The notes under the pieces were generated by a model that had not been told where the DNA came from, ran no database searches, and was given only the letters and a program-made list of their open reading frames with translations. A DNA stretch of 64,000 nucleotides from an uncultured bacterium (GTDB lineage: Bacteria > Bacteroidota > Ignavibacteria > Kapaibacteriales > UBA2268): the NCBI GenBank assembly GCA_942492935.1, contig OW818654.1, forward strand, positions 3,301,113 through 3,365,112, given 5' to 3'. A program made the position numbers and the translations under genes. Positions 30,191 through 39,970 of this stretch are shown here, in pieces. Position 1 is the first letter of the stretch. Each line of letters opens with the position of its first letter.

Positions 30191-31384
30191 TTGTTAAATA
30201 TAGCATTATTTGGTCCACCGGGAGCTGGTAAAGGTACACAATCAGAATTTCTGGTTAATAAATATAATTTATTTTATATTTCTACAGGTGATTTATTAAG
30301 AAAAGAAATAAAAGAAGGAACAGCCATTGGAGAGGAAGCAAAAAATATAATTGCAAAAGGTGGTCTTGTTTCTGATGAAATAATTGTTCAAATAATTGAG
30401 AAATCAATTACAGATAATCCAGGTTATAATGGATTTTTATTTGATGGTTTTCCGAGAACTTATATTCAAGCATATATTCTTGAAGGTTTGATGTTCAAAT
30501 TCAATTCTTCTCTAAACTGCCTTATTAGTATTGAATTACCTGAGGAAGAAGCTGTTCAGAGATTATTAAATCGTGGCAAAACTTCTGGTAGAAGCGATGA
30601 TAATGAAATAGTAATCAGAAACAGATTAAAAGAATATCACGAAAAAACACTACCTGTTCTGCAGTTTTATAAGGATAAGGGTACATATTTTGCTGTTGAT
30701 GGTCGTAATCAAATAGATGTTGTAAAAGATGAAATTACAAAAATTGTGAAGCAAGAATTAAGTAAGAGTTTATTGAATATCATTCTTTTTGGCTATCCTG
30801 GATGTGGAAGAGGTTCACAAGGTAAAGCACTTGCAAAACAATTCGATTTAGAATTTATTGCTACAGGTGAAATTCTTGCTCAAGAAGCAATTTCTGGGTC
30901 TAAGTTAGGTAATAAGATTACTGACTTATATAATAAAGGGCAGTTGACTCAAGGTTTGGTTGGTCAAATGTTTCCCGATGAGATTGTTGTGGAGTTAATT
31001 GAACAAAAATTCCAAAACACTGATGGAGCTAAAGGATTCATATTTAAAGGATTCCCTCGCACACTCGTTCAATCATATATACTTGATGGCTTACTCAGAA
31101 AAAATTCATCTTCAATTACTAAAGTGATTGAAATTGAAGTGCCAATTCTTGAATTAATTAGCCGACTTGAACATAGAAGTAAAACCATTGATAAAATGCA
31201 CTATGATGAAAGTATGCCAACAATCATAAGAAGGTTACAGGACCACGAATATAGAACTGTACCAGTTGTCAAAAAATATGCTGAAATTCATGGTTCAACA
31301 AAAATTAATGGTGTAGGAACTTTTGAAGAAGTCAATAAGCGAATTGCTGATGAAATAGAATTTGGTTTCAAAAATCTAAGATAG
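30191..31384 (+). CDS. adk: adenylate kinase, tandem two-domain form
   Basis: Domain 1: GPPGAGKGT, ISTGDLLR, DGFPR, GRSDD. Domain 2: GYPGCGRGS, IATGEIL, KGFPR. TTG start. Confidence 0.85.
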   Translation: MLNIALFGPPGAGKGTQSEFLVNKYNLFYISTGDLLRKEIKEGTAIGEEAKNIIAKGGLVSDEIIVQIIEKSITDNPGYNGFLFDGFPRTYIQAYILEGLMFKFNSSLNCLISIELPEEEAVQRLLNRGKTSGRSDDNEIVIRNRLKEYHEKTLPVLQFYKDKGTYFAVDGRNQIDVVKDEITKIVKQELSKSLLNIILFGYPGCGRGSQGKALAKQFDLEFIATGEILAQEAISGSKLGNKITDLYNKGQLTQGLVGQMFPDEIVVELIEQKFQNTDGAKGFIFKGFPRTLVQSYILDGLLRKNSSSITKVIEIEVPILELISRLEHRSKTIDKMHYDESMPTIIRRLQDHEYRTVPVVKKYAEIHGSTKINGVGTFEEVNKRIADEIEFGFKNLR

Positions 31385-31477
31385 ATTCATTTAACAGTCT
31401 GTGGATAAAGTATAAAGTTATTTATCTTTCAATCGGCTAAAGCCACTTGTTGCAGTTTCAGTATAGATGACCCAATT

Positions 31478-31507
31478 GATGTCCTACATAACTAAATGTA
31501 GGACATC
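31478..31507. terminator. hairpin between convergent genes
   Basis: Perfect 12-bp stem GATGTCCTACAT/ATGTAGGACATC. Confidence 0.65.
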
Positions 31508-31538
31508 TTTGTAAAATAGATTATTGAATATTTCCATT

Positions 31539-32618
31539 TTATTCAATTATTGGTTTTCCATTTATCAATATTAAAGTAAATTCTGAATTAGTCCAATCGA
31601 TGTCATCTAACTCTTCTTTTGATTTAATCATTTTCACGCTAAAATCGAATGTTCTTTCTGGAGCCGTAATAGCAACTTTATTGGCAAAAGTTAGTTTCTT
31701 CTTTTCTAATTGAGAACGAATAAGTGAAGTATCCTTTACAACAATTTCGGGTATATATGTAGCAACTTCATTATAATAACTATCTCTAATGTCATCATTA
31801 TGAATATAAGTTTTTGCAAAATCGACAGGATTAATTGCTTGCTCTTCATTTGTAGTAAACTCTTGTTTCAAAACGGTTAGCATATCATTCTTTTCGTCAA
31901 AAACTGGCATATAATTATGAATGAAATTCTCTGTCTGTTTGAAAAATCTTAATGATTGTATTTTTGCATTTTTGTCTGCTGTAAATCCAAGAAAATCCTT
32001 ATAAAAATAATCTGCAGGTTTTGAATCAGGAGCAAATTGTGCATCGAATAAGTAACATCCAAATTCATTATTTGGATATGCTAAATCTTCTTCAGGAATA
32101 TTTCTTTCAAAAATCACTCCTACTTTGTAAAATTTAGCTGTGTTGCTAAGAAAAATATCATCAAGAAGTTGAATAGTGGATTTTTGTTCGTGGATTTCAT
32201 AGCGTAGTCCTGCTTGATATTCTGCTTTTATAGCAATATAAACTGCTTCTTCAGTTTTTGTATAAGCTTCAATTAAAACAAAAAAACCACCGGGCATTGT
32301 ATTTTTTGTCTGTGCTTCTGCGAGTAATTCAGCTGTTGCAATAGATGATTCAATAAAATCTTGATGTGATTGATGTTTCAATTTAAATACATAACTAAAG
32401 AAACTGCCACCTGCATAATTTTCAATTTCAAGTATGAAAGCTTTACTTACCTTATCTGTAGATTTTGCAAGTCGTTCTTTAATTACATTAATCACATCTT
32501 CAGTTAAATAAAAAAGATTTTTATCGGGTACAACCGATGCATGCTCCATTCCATCAGATTTTGCCACAATCTGATGCATAGCCACTCTTTTAAAATCCAA
32601 ATCATAAAAGTTAATCAT
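31539..32618 (-). CDS. nucleoid-associated protein (NdpA/YejK, NA-37 family)
   Basis: HQIVAK, PGGFFVL, AIKAEYQ, KFYKVG, YFYKDFLG pattern of Bacteroidota NA-37 homologs. Confidence 0.65.
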   Translation of the reverse strand: MINFYDLDFKRVAMHQIVAKSDGMEHASVVPDKNLFYLTEDVINVIKERLAKSTDKVSKAFILEIENYAGGSFFSYVFKLKHQSHQDFIESSIATAELLAEAQTKNTMPGGFFVLIEAYTKTEEAVYIAIKAEYQAGLRYEIHEQKSTIQLLDDIFLSNTAKFYKVGVIFERNIPEEDLAYPNNEFGCYLFDAQFAPDSKPADYFYKDFLGFTADKNAKIQSLRFFKQTENFIHNYMPVFDEKNDMLTVLKQEFTTNEEQAINPVDFAKTYIHNDDIRDSYYNEVATYIPEIVVKDTSLIRSQLEKKKLTFANKVAITAPERTFDFSVKMIKSKEELDDIDWTNSEFTLILINGKPIIE

Positions 32619-34362
32619 TTTTGTCCTTAGTTGATTTTAATATTCTATTTTTTTCATTTTCGTAATAATTTATTTTTTCAATCAGAAATTTTTCATTTGA
32701 TTCTTTGAATAGCTGAATATAGGTTTTCAATAGATAGTTCACTACTTGTAAATTATCTGGGTCAAAAACTAATACTCCCTTCATAATTTTAATCATTGTA
32801 ACATTGTCTTTGTTTCTAAAGTAATTCTTCGCCCAAATATCATAAATATTCAAAATTTTTACTTTCTCTTCTTCAGTACGAATCTGATTTTTCGCCAATT
32901 CATTTGCTGCATCTACTTTACCATTTTCAAGATAAATACTTACTAATTGATACACAGCTGTAAAATTATCAAATTCTTTTACAATATTTTGTAAAACTAA
33001 AATTGCATCATCAATTCTATTTTGATTTAAATAAAATTCACTCAATTTAAATCTTAATTCCATATCTTTTGGAGCAATTTTTATAGATTTTTGCAAATAC
33101 TTTTCAGCGTTCGAATAATCGCCTTCATTAATACTAATCTCTATTAATTTAGTATTTATTTTCAATTTATCAGGATTATGCTCTTTTGCTACAAGCCAGA
33201 ATTGCTTTTCATTCTTATAATTTTTAATATCATAATAACTTATAAAAGAATATGCTATTAAAATAGCTACAAAACCAATCGAAAACATTCTTTTTTCAAA
33301 AATTATTTCATCAATAAATTGAAGCAAAAAAATGGCAATTCCAACCGTGAAAAATATTCCCCATAAATTTATATAATCATATAAATTATATGAATTTGCG
33401 GGACTAATCAATATGAATGGTAATACTGAAAAAATTAACCAAATAATTGAAAACTTACTTATGAATGTATTTAAAACGTTCTTGAATTTTGCTATTACAA
33501 TTATCAAAATCAACAAGAATAAGCCAATTAAACTCCAAAAATTTTTAAATGAACTGATAACAGCCATATCAAAAGGCAAAAAAACGCTTGCAATTAATTC
33601 AGGAAATAATTGCAATTTAAGGATTAGATTCTCGAATCCAAATTTATATACTTCTTCTCCCATTGCAGAATTTGAGAGCATTAAATAATATATTACAAAA
33701 GCTATCAACCAGCTAAAGCCAATTTTAATTTTTTGTGATAAATTCAGTAATATTTTTTCATTTAAATATAAATATGCACCAAAAATAATTGGTAATACAA
33801 AAGCAAGTTCATTCGATAATACAGACAATAAAAAAGTTAGAAAATGCAAAATGATGAAGAAATTACTATTAATTTTATCGACAGTTTTCGAAAGAAATAT
33901 GAATGAAATTATTGCAAATAAGGAAGATAGCAATATTGATGATGAAGGTATCCAGCCAATTGATGAAAATACTAATGGATGAATAGCAAATAAAAATGCA
34001 ATCAAAGCAGATACTTTTCGATTATAACCAAATAGCTGAAAAAAAGAAACAAGTAAAATTGATAAAATAGACAATAGAATTAAATTAGCAGTTCGAAAAA
34101 ATGTTGGATTATTACTGCCTATTTGAGCAACCGACCAATAAAATAAATTTGTTAAAGGTATGTAACTATCTGTATCTAAATAGCTTCTGAATATTTCGAC
34201 TGATAATCTATCTTTTGTTGCTATTCTTGAAAAACTATTTTCCAATAAAGAATCATCTTCAAATCCTACTAAACCAAATTCTATTGTTTGAAAAAATATC
34301 ACGAACAAAAATAATGGTATAATGATAAAATAATACTTTTCTAAAAATTTTGTTAGTTTCAT
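32611..34362 (-). CDS. TMTC/DUF1736-like membrane glycosyltransferase with C-terminal TPRs
   Basis: GFEDD, YIPLT, LFAIHPL, SNEL motifs in the TM region; TPR-like helical C-terminus. Confidence 0.7.
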   Translation of the reverse strand: MKLTKFLEKYYFIIIPLFLFVIFFQTIEFGLVGFEDDSLLENSFSRIATKDRLSVEIFRSYLDTDSYIPLTNLFYWSVAQIGSNNPTFFRTANLILLSILSILLVSFFQLFGYNRKVSALIAFLFAIHPLVFSSIGWIPSSSILLSSLFAIISFIFLSKTVDKINSNFFIILHFLTFLLSVLSNELAFVLPIIFGAYLYLNEKILLNLSQKIKIGFSWLIAFVIYYLMLSNSAMGEEVYKFGFENLILKLQLFPELIASVFLPFDMAVISSFKNFWSLIGLFLLILIIVIAKFKNVLNTFISKFSIIWLIFSVLPFILISPANSYNLYDYINLWGIFFTVGIAIFLLQFIDEIIFEKRMFSIGFVAILIAYSFISYYDIKNYKNEKQFWLVAKEHNPDKLKINTKLIEISINEGDYSNAEKYLQKSIKIAPKDMELRFKLSEFYLNQNRIDDAILVLQNIVKEFDNFTAVYQLVSIYLENGKVDAANELAKNQIRTEEEKVKILNIYDIWAKNYFRNKDNVTMIKIMKGVLVFDPDNLQVVNYLLKTYIQLFKESNEKFLIEKINYYENEKNRILKSTKDKND

Positions 34363-34538
34363 AATTAACCTGTTACTTTTTTAAAACACTAAAATATCAA
34401 AAATCTATGAATTGAAATACTGAAATATTTTTTAATAGCAATTTTTATGTTTATTGAAACAACTTACTCGAAATCAAATAAGTAACTACTTCAAATGTAA
34501 CAAAAGAAATTCCCAGAGTCGATACTGTCTTAAAAGTA

Positions 34539-34736
34539 GTCATTCTGAACTTGTTTCAGAACCATTATCCTGTCATTCTGAACTTGTTTCAGAACCATTA
34601 TCCTGTCATTCTGAACTTGTTTCAGAACCATTATCCTGTCATTCTGAACTTGTTTCAGAACCATTATCCTGTCATTCTGAACTTGTTTCAGAACCATTAT
34701 CCTGTCATTCTGAACTTGTTTCAGAATCCATCTTTG
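34539..34736. repeat. tandem array of six 33-bp palindromic REP-like units
   Basis: GTCATTCTGAACTTGTTTCAGAA starts at 34539, 34572, 34605, 34638, 34671 and 34704; five identical CCATTATCCT linkers. Confidence 0.95.
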
Positions 34737-34740
34737 TTAT

Positions 34741-34883
34741 TAGCAACGTAGTTGCGAAATATTAATAGAAAACAACAATATAATAAATTTATAGCTGCGT
34801 AGCTGCGATATATGTCGCTCCTACGGAGCTTTAAAATAAAAAAATTCAATCTTTTCTACTAAGATACCGCAACTATGTTGCTA
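34741..34883. repeat. 143-bp MITE-like element with nested palindromes
   Basis: 32-bp TIRs match 27/32; central AGCTGCGTAGCTGCGATAT/ATGTCGCTCCTACGGAGCT IR matches 15/19. Confidence 0.75.
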
Positions 34884-34926
34884 AATACACATAAGAATAT
34901 TTTGTATTCTGAACTTGTTTAGCATA

Positions 34927-34994
34927 CCATCCTACATTCCCAAAAGGGAAGGAATATATGTAAAGTCCATCCCTTGATGAGGATTTAGGTGGAG
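34927..34994. repeat. degenerate copy of the 22588-22662 palindrome
   Basis: CCTAC.TTCCCAAAAGGGAAGGAAT.TATGTAAA...GAGGATTTAGGTGG shared with 22588-22662. Confidence 0.6.
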
Positions 34995-35376
34995 TCCATA
35001 TATAAATTATCATTCAATCCCTATTGGGAATTTATAGGAATTTCTTTGTTATTATTTTTTCAACTTGTTCTTATTTAAACTTTTTTCTATTTCTTAAACT
35101 TTTAATTAGTAAGAAATATTACAAAAATCATAATATTTTCTGAAGCTTGGATTGAATATTATTCTATTTTTTTGTGAATTATGGTAATTAATTAGTAGAA
35201 TAGTGTTAAAAAACCAACAAATATGATAAAATTTACTGATTTTGAAAACTATTTTCAAAAAATCAATTAAAGAATTTTAATATTAATGAAATATTAATTA
35301 ATTTTGTAGTTCAAATAATTTCAAATATATTTTGTTTAATAATTTATTTGTAATTATTTTTGTGATTGTTTAAAAT

Positions 35377-35458
35377 GCGGACGTGGCGGAATTGGCAGAC
35401 GCGCTAGACTTAGGATCTAGTAAGGAAACTTGTGAGAGTTCGAGTCTCTCCGTCCGTA
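35377..35458 (+). tRNA. tRNA-Leu(TAG)
   Basis: Acceptor GCGGACG/CGTCCGT plus A; anticodon stem CTAGA/TCTAG with loop CTTAGGA; T-arm GAGAGTTCGAGTCTCTC; directly upstream of tig. Confidence 0.96.
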
Positions 35459-35498
35459 CTTAATATTTTTACTTATTTTTGTTGCCGGAGATATTTTT

Positions 35499-36992
35499 TT
35501 GGAATATAATATTGTTCAAATCGAACCTACTATAAGGGAAGTTGAAGTTACTTTTACAAAAGAGGAATTGCAACCTAAATACGATGAAGCTTACAAAAAG
35601 GTACAGCCAAATGTAGAACTCAAAGGGTTTCGTAAAGGCAAAGTCCCGATGATGATGATAAAAAAGATGTATGGCGAAGCAATTGAAGCAGATGTACAAG
35701 AAGAGATGGTAAATAAATTTCTAAATGAAGAATTTCGTAAAGCAAAAATTGAATTGACCAATCAGCCAGAATTAACTAAATTGGAAAAAAATATTGATGG
35801 TACTGTAACAGCAGTTCTTAAAATCGAAGCGTTTGATGATTTAATTCTCAAAGAATATAAGGGAATTGAAATTGAAGAACCTGTTTATACTGTGAAAGAT
35901 GAGACTATTCAAAATGAAATTGATATGATTAGATATCAATTGGGTACAAAAACTGATGCAGAATCAATTGATGATTACAGTTTTGAAGTTGAATTTGAAT
36001 TTTCTCACGTAACAGAAGATGCGGAACCACATAAACATAAACAAACAGTTAATCTTTATCAATTGGGATTCAAAAATGAATTCAAGGAAGCTTTTTTAAA
36101 TAAAAAAGTGGGCGATACTTTTTCCGTAGAAGATAAAACTCCTGAAGGTGAGATTGCAAATCTTGAAATTACAATTTTATCAATAAAACATGTAGAAATG
36201 GCAGAGCTTACTGCTGAAAGAATTTCAGAAATAACCAATGGCAAATTTGAAACAGAAGAAGAGTTACACGAAGAATTAGGTTTCAAAATACAAGAGCATT
36301 ACGATGCCAAGTCCAGAGAGATGATGGGTTCTAATATTTTAAAAAAATTAGTTGAAATGCATCCTGAAATTGTGATTCCAAAAAATATATTGGATAGTGA
36401 AGTTAAAGCATATATCAAGCAAACTCTATCTAAGCATAATTTGCCAGTTGACGACAATTATTTAAGTCAATTAATTCCTAATCTACCACCTGAAATAATT
36501 GATGCAGCAGCTATGAGAATTAAAACAGACTTGATTTTGAGTGCAATTATTGAAAAAGAACAAATTACAATTGAGGACTATGAACTTGAACCTTTTATTC
36601 AAAATGAAATAGATAAAAATCCTTCATTAACTCCTGAATTTGTAAAAGAAAAATTATTAGAAAATGAAAAATTTGTTATATATTTTACAAGGAAAAAAGC
36701 AATGGATTTACTCTTAGACTTTGCTGTTACTCAAGAGATACCATTTGAAGAAGCATTCCCAGAATTATTAGACAGTCATTTAGTAGATGATGACTTTGAT
36801 GATGATGAATTTGATGACGATGAAGACTTTGACGATGATGAAGATTTTGATGATGATGAAGACTTTGATGATGATGAATTTGATGATGAATTTGATGAAG
36901 ATGAAGATTTTGATGATATAATTGACGATGAAGACATAATTGATGAAGAAATTGAAGATGATATCAGCATTGATGAAGATGATGAAGATTAA
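35499..36992 (+). CDS. tig: trigger factor with a long acidic tail
   Basis: Ribosome-binding signature GFRKGKVP; TTG start; tRNA-Leu-tig synteny. Confidence 0.9.
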   Translation: MEYNIVQIEPTIREVEVTFTKEELQPKYDEAYKKVQPNVELKGFRKGKVPMMMIKKMYGEAIEADVQEEMVNKFLNEEFRKAKIELTNQPELTKLEKNIDGTVTAVLKIEAFDDLILKEYKGIEIEEPVYTVKDETIQNEIDMIRYQLGTKTDAESIDDYSFEVEFEFSHVTEDAEPHKHKQTVNLYQLGFKNEFKEAFLNKKVGDTFSVEDKTPEGEIANLEITILSIKHVEMAELTAERISEITNGKFETEEELHEELGFKIQEHYDAKSREMMGSNILKKLVEMHPEIVIPKNILDSEVKAYIKQTLSKHNLPVDDNYLSQLIPNLPPEIIDAAAMRIKTDLILSAIIEKEQITIEDYELEPFIQNEIDKNPSLTPEFVKEKLLENEKFVIYFTRKKAMDLLLDFAVTQEIPFEEAFPELLDSHLVDDDFDDDEFDDDEDFDDDEDFDDDEDFDDDEFDDEFDEDEDFDDIIDDEDIIDEEIEDDISIDEDDED

Positions 36993-37020
36993 TTGACAAT
37001 AAAAATAGATTACGATAAAG

Positions 37021-37046
37021 AAGGGAGCATTTAGTTCCCTTTTTTT
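37021..37046 (+). terminator. intrinsic terminator after tig
   Basis: AAGGGAGC-ATTTA-GTTCCCTT followed by a T-run. Confidence 0.7.
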
Positions 37047-37159
37047 ATTATTGGCATAATAATTGATTAATCTAATATTGGTAATTAGTAATACATTGGA
37101 TAATAATTCGTTTATAATGCCGATGTATAAGATTGAATTTGAAAGTAAAATTAATTCAA

Positions 37160-38440
37160 ATGAAAAGTATTAAAAATATTTTTTACAATATTTGCTTTAT
37201 TGCATCATTTTATATCTTGATTTTTGCAGAAGATATATCTAATGATGCAACTAAGTATTACAAAGAAGGATTAGATAGTCTTATTTCGGGTAATAATCAG
37301 TCTGCAACTGAGTTTTTTTCTTTAGCTATAAAAGTTGATTCAAATTTCTCTGAAGCATATAACAAAAGAGGAGATGCCTATTTCAGATTAAAATTGTATG
37401 AGCCAGCTTTAGATGATTTTAATAAAGCAATAAGTCTTTCATTAAAGAACGCTTCGGCATTTAATAATCGTGCTAAAACTTATCTTCAACTCAAACAATA
37501 TGAGCTTGCCGCTAAGGATTTTAATACTGCTATTGAAATTGAACCCGCAAATTCAGGTTATTACTATAATCGAGCTATTTTTTATTCAGAAACTGGTAAC
37601 AAAGAATCTGCATTAAGTGATTTTAGCAAAGCAATTGCTACCAATCCTACAAGCCCTGTTGCCTATCTTGGTAGGGCTGAGCTATTATTTTCATTGAATG
37701 AACTTGAACTTTCAAAAAAAGACTTAGACCAAACAATTAGAATTAGTGCTGATTTCTTTGATGCTATTAAATTACGTGGAGTAGTTTATCAAAAGTTGGG
37801 AAAAACAAAAGAAGCACTTGCAGATTATAATAAAGTTATCAAGAAATTTCCAAACGATGAGCAAACATTATTCAATCGTGCTACTATTAATCAAGAAACT
37901 GGAGATATATCATCAGCACTAACTGATTTAAATAAAGTAATTCTTTTGAATCCCAAAAATAAATCTGCTTTATTTAATAGAGCTATTATTTTTTCTGAAA
38001 TGAATAATTTCGACAAGGCACTTGATGATTACAATCAAGTTGTAGCTATAGATTCTAATGATATAGATGCCTTAAATAATAGAGCTAATATTTATTACGA
38101 AACAGGTAAATTTGAAATCGCGATTATTGATTTGAGCAAAGTTATTAATAGTATTACAGATTCGCATCAGATTTATGCAACTCGTGGTAATGCTTATTTT
38201 AATATAGGAAAAAATGATTCAGCTATTGCTGATTATACAAAAGCACTAAAAATTAAACCAGATAATCCGCAAGTAATTTTCAACAGAGGAAAATCTTACA
38301 AGCGTCTTGGGAAGTTAGATTTAGCAAAAAATGATTACGAATCATTTGTTATATTTGCTGAAAAGGACACAACTGTAAGTCAATTTATACCTCTGGTCAA
38401 ACAAGAAATAAAGAACATTGAAAAGCAAATAAAAAAATAG
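37160..38440 (+). CDS. exported tetratricopeptide-repeat protein
   Basis: About 10 TPRs (AY.NRG...A..DF.KAI); N-terminal signal/TM; ATG at 37160 (track TTG at 37133). Confidence 0.85.
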   Translation: MKSIKNIFYNICFIASFYILIFAEDISNDATKYYKEGLDSLISGNNQSATEFFSLAIKVDSNFSEAYNKRGDAYFRLKLYEPALDDFNKAISLSLKNASAFNNRAKTYLQLKQYELAAKDFNTAIEIEPANSGYYYNRAIFYSETGNKESALSDFSKAIATNPTSPVAYLGRAELLFSLNELELSKKDLDQTIRISADFFDAIKLRGVVYQKLGKTKEALADYNKVIKKFPNDEQTLFNRATINQETGDISSALTDLNKVILLNPKNKSALFNRAIIFSEMNNFDKALDDYNQVVAIDSNDIDALNNRANIYYETGKFEIAIIDLSKVINSITDSHQIYATRGNAYFNIGKNDSAIADYTKALKIKPDNPQVIFNRGKSYKRLGKLDLAKNDYESFVIFAEKDTTVSQFIPLVKQEIKNIEKQIKK

Positions 38441-38610
38441 TTATTTGCAAAAATATCATAATCAAAAAATAAAAAACAAAAAATATAGTCAATACTCACG
38501 GTAAAGTAATTAATTTCAATATTTTACCCTATTAACATTTTATCAATTGAATTATTCAAAATTGAATTGATTTAAGCATTTAATCAGTAAATTATTATTT
38601 CAGGTGAATT

Positions 38611-39945
38611 ATGTCTTATAAGATTGCAGTTATTGGCACAGGATATGTTGGATTGGTATCAGGAACTTGCTTTGCGGCAACAGGTAATAATGTATTGTGT
38701 GTGGATATTGATGAAGCAAAAATTCAAAAAATGCAACAAGGAATCTCCCCTATTTATGAACCCGGGCTTGAGCATTTACTTAAACAAAATATTAAAGAAG
38801 AGCGTTTACATTTTACAAATAATTTGAAAGATGCTGTTGAATTTGCTTCAGTAATATTCTTATGTCTGCCAACACCGCCAAATGAGGACGGTTCTGCGGA
38901 TTTACATCACGTAAAACGAGTTGCAAATGATATTGCAAATATAATTAAAGACAATGGTTATAATGACAATAAAATTGTAGTCAATAAATCTACTGTTCCA
39001 GTTGGTACAGTTGATACCGTTAAAAGTATTTTTGATGAAGTTTTATCACAACACAATGTTACAGTTGTTAGTAATCCAGAATTTTTGAGAGAAGGTTTTG
39101 CTGTTGAAGATGCAATGAAGCCAGAAAGGGTAGTGATTGGCACAAGTAGCCCTTATGCTCAGGAAATTATGCAAGATTTGTATAAACCATTTGTTAGAAG
39201 TGGTAATCCAATTTTCTTTATGGATGAAAAAAGTGCCGAAATTACAAAATATGCCGCAAATGCTTTTCTGGCGACAAAGATTTCATTTATGAATGATTTA
39301 TCTGCATATTGCGAAAAAGTGGGTGCCGATATTGAAAATATCAGAATGGGTATTGGTTCTGATACAAGAATTGGCAAAAGATTTCTCTTTGCAGGTGTAG
39401 GATATGGTGGTTCTTGCTTCCCAAAAGATGTAAGAGCATTGATTTATTCCGCAGACAAACAAGACATTTCTCTCGATATAGTTAAAGCAGCATGGTCAAT
39501 TAATCAAAAGCAGATTGATAGATTTTATAATAGAATTTCTGAAAGATTTGGAAATAATTTAGTTGGGAAAAAAATTGGTGTTTGGGGGCTTGCATTCAAA
39601 CCAAATACCGATGACACAAGAGAAGCACCAGCTTTTGATTTGATTGAGAAATTTTTAAATGATGGTGCAGAAGTAATTGCTTATGACCCTGAAGCTGAAC
39701 ATAATACAAGATTGAAGTTTGGAGATTCTATTGCTTATGCTAAAAATATGTACAATTGCATTGAAAATATAGATGTTTTGGTAATTGCAACAGAATGGAC
39801 TACATTTAGGAACCCTGATTTTAAAAAGATGAAATCTCTAATGAAAAGTAATATTATTTTTGACGGTAGAAATTTATATACCGCTGAAGAAATGCAAGAT
39901 GCAGGATTTGAATATCATTGCATAGGCAGAAAATCTGTAATTTAA
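38611..39945 (+). CDS. ugd: UDP-glucose 6-dehydrogenase
   Basis: GTGYVG, KSTVP, NPEFLREG, KYAANAFLATKISF, GGSCFPKD, FKPNTDD. Confidence 0.95.
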   Translation: MSYKIAVIGTGYVGLVSGTCFAATGNNVLCVDIDEAKIQKMQQGISPIYEPGLEHLLKQNIKEERLHFTNNLKDAVEFASVIFLCLPTPPNEDGSADLHHVKRVANDIANIIKDNGYNDNKIVVNKSTVPVGTVDTVKSIFDEVLSQHNVTVVSNPEFLREGFAVEDAMKPERVVIGTSSPYAQEIMQDLYKPFVRSGNPIFFMDEKSAEITKYAANAFLATKISFMNDLSAYCEKVGADIENIRMGIGSDTRIGKRFLFAGVGYGGSCFPKDVRALIYSADKQDISLDIVKAAWSINQKQIDRFYNRISERFGNNLVGKKIGVWGLAFKPNTDDTREAPAFDLIEKFLNDGAEVIAYDPEAEHNTRLKFGDSIAYAKNMYNCIENIDVLVIATEWTTFRNPDFKKMKSLMKSNIIFDGRNLYTAEEMQDAGFEYHCIGRKSVI

Positions 39946-39970
39946 AAATTCAAAATAAATTGAGAAAATA

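Noticed and set aside
31400-31408. DnaA box TGTGGATAA as a sign of oriC
   Set aside because: Single box; about one is expected by chance in a window of this size and composition; no cluster and no dnaA context.
34539-34736. CRISPR array
   Set aside because: The would-be spacers are only 10 nt and identical, there are no cas genes in the window, and the unit also occurs as a dispersed REP.
34454-34765. ORFs with repeated SCHSELVSEPL / HYPVILNLFQN peptides
   Set aside because: They arise from the stop-free 33-bp tandem repeat; no independent coding evidence.
36776-36970. Ser-rich ORF on the minus strand
   Set aside because: Antisense shadow of the GAT/GAA-rich trigger factor tail.
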